The notes beneath the pieces are model-generated. The model was not told where the DNA came from. It did no database searches and was given only the letters and a program-made list of their open reading frames with translations. This document shows, in pieces, positions 15,970-23,589 of a stretch of 27,463 nucleotides of DNA (positions are counted from its first letter, which is position 1; the number at the start of each line of letters is the position of its first letter). The stretch is from a virus (lineage: Duplodnaviria > Caudoviricetes). The stretch lies in the IMG/VR virus record IMGVR_UViG_3300017766_005793, positions 1-27,463 of that record; one strand, written 5' to 3'. Position numbers and translations under genes: made by a program.

Positions 15970-17466
15970 TTGAAAGTAAAGAACTTATCCATGACGAACT
16001 TCCTGTGCCTCAAGTCCCTGAGCTACGAACTACCCGAGCGAGGCGTGGTTCTAGTCACGGGAGACAACGGTAAGGGCAAGACCACCATGACGATCGAGGC
16101 GACCTGCTACGCGATCTCGGGGTCGACCTTCCGGGGTACGCCAGCCAAGGACGACGGAGCCACCGTGCTCCGTCTCGAGACGTGGGACGGCCTTATCATC
16201 ACTAGGAAGGAGAGCGCAAAGGGCACCAAGACCTTGGAGTGGTCCTATAACGGGACCTCGCCCGACGCCGATACCACCGCCAAGTCCAAGGACGCGCTGC
16301 TGGCCCTTACGGGGCCGCCAGACAACTGGAAGCGCACCCACGTCTTCTCGGCGTCAGACATCATGGCCTTCTCGGGAGCTACGGACTCGGAGCGCAAGCT
16401 CCTCCTCGAGGAGCTGGTGGGGCTCGGGCGATTCGACGAGGGCTACAAGCGCGCTCGAGCAGAGCTCACCGAGCTCGATCGTAAGGTCAAAGCACTCAGG
16501 CTCGACCTGCAGCGCAAGCAGGGCTGGCTCGAGGACGCCGAACGAGAGGCTGCTACCGTGGCTCCACCTCCGCCACCGCCCGTCAGCGAGCTCGAGGCGC
16601 AGCTCACGGAGGCTACCAAGCTCTCCCTGACGGCGCAGCAGGAGCAGACCATCGCCAGGCGGGCGCTGGACATCGCACATGCCAAGTACAACCAAGCGTT
16701 GTCCGTTAAGGGCAACTGCCCCACCTGCGGCAAACCCATGAACGACCCAGCGCATCTGGCCCAGATGGTTCAGGTTGCACAGGACGAACTTCAGGAAGCC
16801 AAGGCAACGTTTGATCGGGTGCGGGCTGAAACGCAGCCTCACATGGACGCTTACCTTCGCGTCAACGGCGCCCTCAACGCCGCGAAGGCAGAGGCGCGTG
16901 CGAACGAGCGCCTCCAGGCCGCTCACGAGGCAGCCATGAAGCGCGTCGACCAGCTGGTCACCGAGATCTTCGAGACGGAGGTCGAGCTCAACTCCTTGGA
17001 GTGGGACCTGACCTGCCTCGACCACACGTCCAAGGTCATCCAGTCCGTCCGGGGCAAGATCTTCACGGACGCGCTCACCAGCCTCGCTGAGCTGTCCAAC
17101 AAGTACCTCGATCACCTGTTGCCAGGCATGCGCTTGCTCCTCGAGGTCGCCAAGGTTCGCGCCACCACCGAGGCCATCTCGCTGGCGGTCGACCGGGGCG
17201 ACGGCCACTACCGCCCCTACGAGGCCATGTCCGGCGGGCAGCGCCGGCGCGTTGACATCGCCCTCCTGCTTTCGCTGTCACAGCTCTCGCCCAGCAGCGG
17301 GACCATCTTCTTCGACGAGGCCTTCGACACCCTCGACCGCCAAGGGATCGAGGCCGTTTGCGAACTACTTTCTGATTTCGGTGAAGAGCGCTGCGTTGTG
17401 GTGATTTCTCACAACCAAGAGCTCGCAGCGCAGCTTCCTATTATCAAAGCGCTGCATCCGTCATGA
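15970..17466 (+). CDS. sbcC: SbcC/Rad50 (gp46-like) ABC ATPase
   Basis: GDNGKGKTT Walker A, coiled coils, CPTCG zinc hook, MSGGQ signature, FFDEAFD Walker B/D-loop and ISH. AGGAGG precedes TTG 15970. Confidence 0.92.
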   Translation: MKVKNLSMTNFLCLKSLSYELPERGVVLVTGDNGKGKTTMTIEATCYAISGSTFRGTPAKDDGATVLRLETWDGLIITRKESAKGTKTLEWSYNGTSPDADTTAKSKDALLALTGPPDNWKRTHVFSASDIMAFSGATDSERKLLLEELVGLGRFDEGYKRARAELTELDRKVKALRLDLQRKQGWLEDAEREAATVAPPPPPPVSELEAQLTEATKLSLTAQQEQTIARRALDIAHAKYNQALSVKGNCPTCGKPMNDPAHLAQMVQVAQDELQEAKATFDRVRAETQPHMDAYLRVNGALNAAKAEARANERLQAAHEAAMKRVDQLVTEIFETEVELNSLEWDLTCLDHTSKVIQSVRGKIFTDALTSLAELSNKYLDHLLPGMRLLLEVAKVRATTEAISLAVDRGDGHYRPYEAMSGGQRRRVDIALLLSLSQLSPSSGTIFFDEAFDTLDRQGIEAVCELLSDFGEERCVVVISHNQELAAQLPIIKALHPS

Positions 17467-17474
17467 AAAATACG

Positions 17475-17503
17475 TTGCCAACCCCCAACCCAGATACTAC
17501 GTT
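17475..17503 (+). promoter_or_regulatory. Sigma70-like promoter overlapped by direct repeats
   Basis: TTGCCA-N17-TACGTT; TACGTTGC(C)AACC occurs at 17471 and 17498. Confidence 0.5.
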
Positions 17504-17537
17504 GCAACCACCCTATTACAGCAAGGGGAGGAGAACC

Positions 17538-17948
17538 ATGTCAGTCAAGATTACTCGTAAGGCCAACTTCCTCGTCTACCGCGCCGCTGGCGTCTCGGTC
17601 GAGGTCGACGTTACCAAGGTGAAGGACCTCCACAACGTGGCAGCGTTCCTCGGCTCGCTCGATCTTCCGGAGGAGAGCAAGCCCCGTAAGGTTCGCCAGG
17701 CGCCTGCTGCCGCCGCCAAGAAGGTCGAGCCTGAAGTCTCGTCGTCCATGGGCGATGACATCGTGCAGCTCATTACCAGCGGCGTCGACACCGAGGAGGG
17801 CATCGTCGCGGCCCTTCATGACAAGCTCATCGCCTCGGGCAAGAAGAGCCCGAAGCGTTCGGTCAACACCGGCCTTCGCCACGCGAAGAACGCCGGCTCC
17901 ATCCGGGAGCTTCCGGACGGGCGCTTCGCGCTCGGCAATAGGTGGTGA
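17538..17948 (+). CDS. Putative winged-HTH DNA-binding protein (HARE-HTH-like C-terminus)
   Basis: Start reassigned to ATG 17538 (SD GGAGGAG). The C-terminal EEGIVAAL..GKKSPKRSVNTGL..GRFAL resembles a wHTH with wing. Confidence 0.55.
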   Translation: MSVKITRKANFLVYRAAGVSVEVDVTKVKDLHNVAAFLGSLDLPEESKPRKVRQAPAAAAKKVEPEVSSSMGDDIVQLITSGVDTEEGIVAALHDKLIASGKKSPKRSVNTGLRHAKNAGSIRELPDGRFALGNRW

Positions 17949-17951
17949 GTC

Positions 17952-18497
17952 ATGCCGGTCGGCTACTACTCTGCCAGTGACGTTCTCACCGATGAGATGA
18001 TCTCCGAGGTCTTCGCGGCCCTCGGCTCGTCCCAGAAGGTGACCTTTGGCCCGAGTGGAACGCTCCTGAACAAGTCGGAAAAGCTTCTCCCTGAGAAGCT
18101 CGTTCACAAGGTCCGGAACTACCTGGACAAGAAGAACATCCTGACGCGCAGGATCATCTGGTTCGACCGGCCCAAGTCCCGCATGGGTGACCGCAGCACT
18201 GCTGAGGTCCTCGTCGGGCGCGGCTGGCCTCGTGCCATCGTTTCCATCGTCATGGGCTACGACCCTGTTACTCTCACGCGCTGGGGCATCGAGACCTCGG
18301 ACAAGGAGACACCTCCTGTGATCTTGTCCGAGGAAGTTGCCGAGGCTCTCGGAAAGTCCCGCCTGGCGGCCGTCAACCCCGGCCTCCTCGAGAAGACTTC
18401 TCCGAATCGCATGCGTCTGATTGGGCAGTGCCTCACTGAGCTACTTGAGCTCATCGAGAAGGCCGATAATGAGCGGAAAGTCCGAAAAGAAAAGTGA
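17952..18497 (+). CDS. Hypothetical protein, possible HTH
   Basis: 181-aa ORF in the operon; GWPRAIVSIVMGYDPVTLTRWG is HTH-like. Confidence 0.65.
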   Translation: MPVGYYSASDVLTDEMISEVFAALGSSQKVTFGPSGTLLNKSEKLLPEKLVHKVRNYLDKKNILTRRIIWFDRPKSRMGDRSTAEVLVGRGWPRAIVSIVMGYDPVTLTRWGIETSDKETPPVILSEEVAEALGKSRLAAVNPGLLEKTSPNRMRLIGQCLTELLELIEKADNERKVRKEK

Positions 18498-19161
18498 GGT
18501 CTACGACCGCTTGGTCCGGGCCTTCCAGAAGATCGGCAAGCCTGACTTCACTGAAGCAGCATTGCTCGCCGACACGACGGTAGGTCGGGCCAAGACGGCG
18601 TGGACCCAGGGCTTTGGCAAGGTGGGCGAGACTCCCTTGCCTGCCATTCGTGATCTGTTCCTGAAGGAGCAGGTCCGAGCTCGGGCTACTCGCGCAAAGC
18701 TTCACAAGAAGCTCATGGACCGCGCTCGAGGAGCTGCCGAGGACGCCCGTGACGACACGGCGCTCTCGGCGGCCCTCGAGGGTCTTGTCGTTCGCAAGGC
18801 GATGATGGCCGCCGACGAGCTTGTGGATCAGATTCACACGCTCGTCTCGGCCGCTCGCACCCTGGTCGACTCCATCTCCAGCGACGTCATGGCGATGGTT
18901 CACGACAAGGAGACGAGCACCCAGATGAAGATGTCGTACGCGACCAACATCGTAAAGCTCTTCAAGGACGCTGCCGACTCCGTCGACAAGATCCAGAAGA
19001 TGGAGGGCCGTTACATGGGTCGCCCCGACATCCGCATCTCGGTCGAGCAGGACGACGACATCGAGACGGACCTCAGGGATATCCTCAACGGGTATGAGAT
19101 CCTCAACACCCATAAGCGCCTGAGCAACAACATCATCGACGTGGACGTCGAGCCTAAGTAA
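18469..19161 (+). CDS. Putative terminase small subunit
   Basis: Start ATG 18469. N-terminal HTH-like (FTEAALLADTTVGRAKTAW), long helices, then MGRPDIRISVE beta-like tail and IIDVDVE end; about 1.3 kb upstream of terL. Function is inferred. Confidence 0.45.
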   Translation: MSGKSEKKSEVYDRLVRAFQKIGKPDFTEAALLADTTVGRAKTAWTQGFGKVGETPLPAIRDLFLKEQVRARATRAKLHKKLMDRARGAAEDARDDTALSAALEGLVVRKAMMAADELVDQIHTLVSAARTLVDSISSDVMAMVHDKETSTQMKMSYATNIVKLFKDAADSVDKIQKMEGRYMGRPDIRISVEQDDDIETDLRDILNGYEILNTHKRLSNNIIDVDVEPK

Positions 19162-19181
19162 AGCTCAAGCGAGAAAAGAAA

Positions 19182-19222
19182 AAAGCCGCTTAGTTTCTTT
19201 CGAACTAAGCGGCTTTCTTTTT
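19182..19222. terminator. Bidirectional rho-independent terminator
   Basis: AAAGCCGCTTAGTT / AACTAAGCGGCTTT 14-bp stem with A-tract before and T-tract after, between convergent transcription units. Confidence 0.85.
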
Positions 19223-19465
19223 GGGCTCCGTTTCAGGACTCTACTGCTGCTACCCAAAATCGCGGGCCTCAAGGACCTCTGCAGTAGGTTTTTATCCTGT
19301 CAGGTGGTCGAGCTCTTTCTCATCTAAGAGAAGCTGCTTGGCGCGGTGTAGAGCGGGAACCAAAACCCTCTCCCCCAAGCAACTTAGAACTTTTCCCTCT
19401 CGCCTTGGCAGCGAGATTGAGAGGACTTGTATAGGCCCTCGGCACGTTTGTCTAGCGACAAATCA
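19223..19465. ncRNA. Candidate structured non-coding element
   Basis: About 245 nt with no credible ORF and several consecutive or nested stems. No known RNA family recognised. Confidence 0.35.
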
Positions 19466-19468
19466 GTC

Positions 19469-19720
19469 TCAGAGATAATTCAGCGACTCCCTCAATTCCG
19501 AGACCGAACGCCTGATGTCGGAGGCTACCTCGTTCGACATCCGATGGACGTTGTTCTTGATCAGGTCGCTGCGAAGGCGAATGGCCGCGTCGTCCACCGC
19601 CTTGCAAGCAATCGCCAAGACCATCCCGGTGTCTTGGAGGTCCACGATCCGCTTCAGCTGCTCGACCGTGGAGAACCAAGCCTCATATCTCTCCTGCAAG
19701 CTTTCGTTCGTAAATCTCAT
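19469..19720 (-). CDS. Hypothetical helical protein (83 aa)
   Basis: Protein-like composition; overlaps the 3' end of the upstream transglycosylase-like gene. Confidence 0.6.
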   Translation of the reverse strand: MRFTNESLQERYEAWFSTVEQLKRIVDLQDTGMVLAIACKAVDDAAIRLRSDLIKNNVHRMSNEVASDIRRSVSELRESLNYL

Positions 19721-20444
19721 TGATCTTCTCCACCACCTTCCAGTGCTTGGAGCCCAGGGTGCAGCTCCACTGATAGCGGGCGACGTTCGAGATGGCCGCC
19801 TCGGCCGTCCTGAAGGCGCTGCCCGGGCATTTCTTTTCGGCGCGCGGGAGAGCCCGCTTCACCATCTTATCCCAGCAGCGACCCGCCCAAATAAGATCGT
19901 GCGCTTGGCCCCCTGAGTCCCCGCAGTACCGTCGGTTCACCGGCCAGAGCTGGAAGGGCCCGTGAGCCATGGCAACACCACCTCGGTAGTCACCGAAAAT
20001 ACGGCCGCCCTTCTGAGTCTCCCGGCGGTACGACGCTTCGATGCAGAAGACCCCAAGCAGCAGACCCTTACCCCACTTGTCCATCCCGAGCTCCTGCTCG
20101 AGACGCATGAGTACAAGCAGGTCCAAGCCAGCGGTCTGGAGACCATTGGGGCACGCTGCGAGAGCAGCGCTGAGGTAAAGGATCTCCGAGGCAGTCGGGA
20201 TTCGGGAGGCGAGCTCTGTGTATTCGTCGAATTCCTTGATGTCCTCGAACTTCTCGTACTCTTCTTCGTATTCTTCGCTCATGTAGTCATTATAAGATGG
20301 CTCAACCATCGGGTCGTCGCGACCATCATCAGCACGCCCAGACGTCAGACAGATTCCAAAGGAAATCGAAAAGGCCAGCAGCACACAGAGAGTCTCGGCA
20401 ATCTTCTGGAAGGCAGTTTTCTCAGTACCAAAGGGCTCGAGCAT
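19683..20444 (-). CDS. Exported or membrane-anchored lytic transglycosylase/lysozyme-fold protein
   Basis: N-terminal hydrophobic segment, acidic linker, IEAS (catalytic E-S-like) and AHGPFQL (GLxQ-like) motifs; GAGGT SD. Confidence 0.6.
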   Translation of the reverse strand: MLEPFGTEKTAFQKIAETLCVLLAFSISFGICLTSGRADDGRDDPMVEPSYNDYMSEEYEEEYEKFEDIKEFDEYTELASRIPTASEILYLSAALAACPNGLQTAGLDLLVLMRLEQELGMDKWGKGLLLGVFCIEASYRRETQKGGRIFGDYRGGVAMAHGPFQLWPVNRRYCGDSGGQAHDLIWAGRCWDKMVKRALPRAEKKCPGSAFRTAEAAISNVARYQWSCTLGSKHWKVVEKINEIYERKLAGEI

Positions 20445-23226
20445 GAAAATACCTCACATGTCAGAGGAGGACCTGAGAGTCCTCGCAACCGCAGACCCGA
20501 CGGCGTTCCGCAAGGTGAAGAACGCCATGGACGCGATCAGGGTTAAACAATCAAGAGAAGATCCTAACGCGTTTGCATCATACATACTACGCGATGAGCA
20601 GACCGGGAAGCCGATCAAGCAAGCTCCTTATCACAAACGTATACAGGAGATTGCAAGCGAAGATTCTCGCGCAGTGATCTGGGGACACGTCGGCATGGGT
20701 AAGTGCGTGACTTCAGACACGATTTTTGTTGGGGAGGCGGGGCAACCACTAGACCTCACTACCCTTAGGTACCTGCGTTCAGTAGGTCCAGTAAAAGTGA
20801 TGTCGCTAGACGAGCGTACTGGCGAGACCTACTGGGCGCCCGTGAAGTCCATCGACTACGACGGCAACGTTCCGTGCATGCGCGTCATCACCGACGCCGG
20901 CCATGAGACTGTAGTCAGCGCCAACCATCCGTTCTACGTCAGGCGGGGCGACAGCGAGGGCTGGGTCGATGCCAAGAACGTCAAGGCGGGAGATATCGTC
21001 TTCACGCCTGGACAGTACACGCCGCCCGAGAAGTCTTGGTTCGCCAAGGACGACGCAGCGATGATCGGCCTGCTGGTGAACCTGATCGACGGATCAGCAC
21101 CTATCCCGCAGAGCCTGCGCCCTGAGCCGTTGGTCTCGTTTATCATCCCGAGCAAGATGAAGGACGCCCTGTGCGACAGCGTTCTTTTTCACCTGCGTCA
21201 GCTGTGTGGACCTCGGGGATGGGAACCCAAGGTCACACAGCACAACGGGTATCTCATTGAGATAGACGCGGCCGCGAAATTCCTGCTCAGCCACGGGTTC
21301 AAAATCAGGTACGAGTTCAAGAAGGGCTACTGGCACCCGAAGGTGAGCGGCAAGCTTCCCGCCGCCCTGTTCGGGGCGGGCGACGAGGTGTTGTGGAGCC
21401 TGCTCACGGGCCTTTTAGTCGGCAGGCTCCGGGTCTCCAGCCTTGCGCTGGGGACCTTCGACGCTTTCCGGGACTCCGCTCTCGACCACTCCCTCCGCTT
21501 CGTCCTCTCCCGACTTGGGCTTACCCACAAGCGTTATTCCTGCTCGAAAGCCCGGACCCGATTTCTTGGAAAGGCGGTAGCTCTGGTCTTTGAGCGCCTG
21601 AAGAAGGTTGCCAATTCGTACTACAAGCTCTTGGACCGGGTCCTTATACCCTACCTCGAAGCTCCCACGATTGGTCCCAGGCCAGAAGACAACCGAGTGT
21701 GGGTAGAGGCGAGAGTTCGATCGGCTGAGCCTGCGGGCCTCCGCGATACTTTCGCTGTGGAGATGGACGACCCCAGGCACACCCACGTCACCGACGGGAT
21801 CCTCACCCATAATACCCAGCAGCTCTCCATCGCTCGAGTCCTCTGGGAGATCGGACGCAACCCCAACATCCGCGTCGTCATCGTCCAAGCAACCATCGGC
21901 CTCGCTGAGGGTATCGTCACGAGCTTGAAAAATCATATCGAGCACAATCCCCGTGTTCATAAGGTTTTTCCGAATATGAAGCCCGGAGAAGAGTGGACGA
22001 CGTCCCAGTTCTCCGTCGATCGACCTGGTAACCTTAAGGACCCCACAGTCACAGCTGTTGGCTCGGAAGGCAACATCCTCGGTCGTCGTATCGACATGCT
22101 TATTCTCGACGACGCCCTGACGCTGGAAAATACCCGACTCGAAACGCGCCGTGCGTCCTTCCTGCGCTGGCTGCAGTCGACGCTTTTCACCCGTCTCGAG
22201 CCTGGGTCACGGGTTATTTTCATCGGTAACGCATGGGATCCTCAGGACGCCATGCACTATTACTCGAGGATCGAAACTTGGAAGGCCTACCGCTTTCCGG
22301 TGCGAGATCAGAAAACCAAGGAGCCTCTCTGGCCGGACCGCTGGCCACGAGACCGTATTGAAGCATTTATCGCAGAAAACCCGCTTGAGGCTGCTCGAGC
22401 TCTCGACTGTAATGCTGAATCCGATCAGGGCTCGCGTTTCAAGGAGGCTGCGATTATCGCAGCCGTCGACCGTGGCCGAGGTATTTTCGGTGCTCGCAAT
22501 CGAATCGAGAGCCGGGACGAAATTCCGGCCGACTGGATCACTGCGACGGGCGTCGACCTCGGTCTGAAGAGAGAAGTCGGGGCCGACTACACTTCCTTGG
22601 TCCATTGGGCCTTCACACCCGAGGGGAAGAAGGTGATTTTGGCCATCGATCGGGGTCGGTACGACTACGACGAGATTATCAACCTCGTCATCGACGCCCA
22701 CATGCGCTACGGCTCCATGATTTACGTGGAATCGGTCCAAGCGCAGCGCTGGATCGTCGACACGGTCCAAAAGCAGTGCCCGGGAATCCCCGTGGCCTAC
22801 TTTTTCACGAGCGGAAAGGGCGGATTCCAGAACAAGCACTCTTCGACGTTCGGAATCGAGGCCGTGGCCCGAGATTTTGCGAAAAATCTGATCGTGCTGC
22901 TCGCTTCCGAGGGCTCAAAGCCCGAATCGACGTCCGGTGTCTGCCCAAACGTCGCTCAGTTCATCGCTGAGGCTCGTTCTTACACCGCAGGACCGGGTCA
23001 CCACTCTGGTGACTCACTCATGGCGGCTTGGATCGGCCATCAGGCCCTAAATCGAGCCGCTGGATTGATTTCTAGCGTCGAAATTTCGGCCCAAGTGCAG
23101 CCAGATGGGTCCTATGCGGCCACACCTTCCTCCGCACAGGAGACCAAGAGCCTCTCCAAGCGAGAATTGATGGAGATGGCTCAGAAAGAAGTCTTTGCGG
23201 ACGTATTTTCTAGGCTGTTCGACTGA
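20443..23226 (+). CDS. terL: Terminase large subunit, intein-containing (about 557 aa after splicing)
   Basis: Walker A GHVGMGK|T split by the intein, Walker B LILDD, FIGN coupling motif, LWPDRWP; nuclease motifs GVDLG..DYT..VES..DSLMA. Confidence 0.9.
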   Translation: MKIPHMSEEDLRVLATADPTAFRKVKNAMDAIRVKQSREDPNAFASYILRDEQTGKPIKQAPYHKRIQEIASEDSRAVIWGHVGMGKCVTSDTIFVGEAGQPLDLTTLRYLRSVGPVKVMSLDERTGETYWAPVKSIDYDGNVPCMRVITDAGHETVVSANHPFYVRRGDSEGWVDAKNVKAGDIVFTPGQYTPPEKSWFAKDDAAMIGLLVNLIDGSAPIPQSLRPEPLVSFIIPSKMKDALCDSVLFHLRQLCGPRGWEPKVTQHNGYLIEIDAAAKFLLSHGFKIRYEFKKGYWHPKVSGKLPAALFGAGDEVLWSLLTGLLVGRLRVSSLALGTFDAFRDSALDHSLRFVLSRLGLTHKRYSCSKARTRFLGKAVALVFERLKKVANSYYKLLDRVLIPYLEAPTIGPRPEDNRVWVEARVRSAEPAGLRDTFAVEMDDPRHTHVTDGILTHNTQQLSIARVLWEIGRNPNIRVVIVQATIGLAEGIVTSLKNHIEHNPRVHKVFPNMKPGEEWTTSQFSVDRPGNLKDPTVTAVGSEGNILGRRIDMLILDDALTLENTRLETRRASFLRWLQSTLFTRLEPGSRVIFIGNAWDPQDAMHYYSRIETWKAYRFPVRDQKTKEPLWPDRWPRDRIEAFIAENPLEAARALDCNAESDQGSRFKEAAIIAAVDRGRGIFGARNRIESRDEIPADWITATGVDLGLKREVGADYTSLVHWAFTPEGKKVILAIDRGRYDYDEIINLVIDAHMRYGSMIYVESVQAQRWIVDTVQKQCPGIPVAYFFTSGKGGFQNKHSSTFGIEAVARDFAKNLIVLLASEGSKPESTSGVCPNVAQFIAEARSYTAGPGHHSGDSLMAAWIGHQALNRAAGLISSVEISAQVQPDGSYAATPSSAQETKSLSKRELMEMAQKEVFADVFSRLFD
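20704..21813 (+). mobile_element. Intein (370 aa) with degenerate LAGLIDADG domain
   Basis: Begins CVTSDT, block B SANHPF, ends ILTHN followed by Thr. Internal IGLLVNLIDG, KLP, LLTGLL and LSRLG remnants. Confidence 0.92.
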
Positions 23227-23558
23227 AGTAGCTCGGTGAGGAGCTTTTCGGCCCTCACCAGCACCTCATCTCCGGCGGCGTACGCCCTCATCAGGGCTAC
23301 GCCGAATTTTCTCTGCACGTCCGTCTCGAGAAGGAGCGTCGTCTGCTCCTTTTCGATGGCGATCTCTTCGAAAAATGGCTTGGGGTCTACCGCCAGCAGC
23401 CCACAGATTTTTGCGACGTGCGTTGGGCCAGGTGGAGGGCATCGCCCACGCTCAATATTAGAGATGTGGCTGAAGTGGAGACCGCTTTTATCGGCCAGCT
23501 CCATCAAGGTAACGTGTCTGGCCTTTCTTGCACTGCGAAGCATCCGGCCGAAGTTCAT
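23181..23558 (-). CDS. XRE-family HTH transcriptional regulator
   Basis: FGRMLRSARKARHVTLMELADKSGLHFSHISNIERGRCPPP; AGGAG SD before ATG 23558; overlaps the terL 3' end convergently. Confidence 0.88.
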   Translation of the reverse strand: MNFGRMLRSARKARHVTLMELADKSGLHFSHISNIERGRCPPPGPTHVAKICGLLAVDPKPFFEEIAIEKEQTTLLLETDVQRKFGVALMRAYAAGDEVLVRAEKLLTELLQSNSLENTSAKTSF

Positions 23559-23589
23559 ATTGAACAACTCCTGTTCTTTCTGTCATCAC

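Noticed and set aside
19228-19305. Hammerhead ribozyme on the - strand (CUGA...GAAAC)
   Set aside because: The core reads CUGACAG rather than CUGANGA, and stems I and III could not be built.
8780-20820. Diversity-generating retroelement or cytosine-deamination hypermutation as the cause of the A-rich islands
   Set aside because: No reverse transcriptase or TR/VR repeat pair is in the window, the protein motifs are unchanged, and many differences from the preferred codons (CTC to CTA, ATC to ATA) would be transversions.
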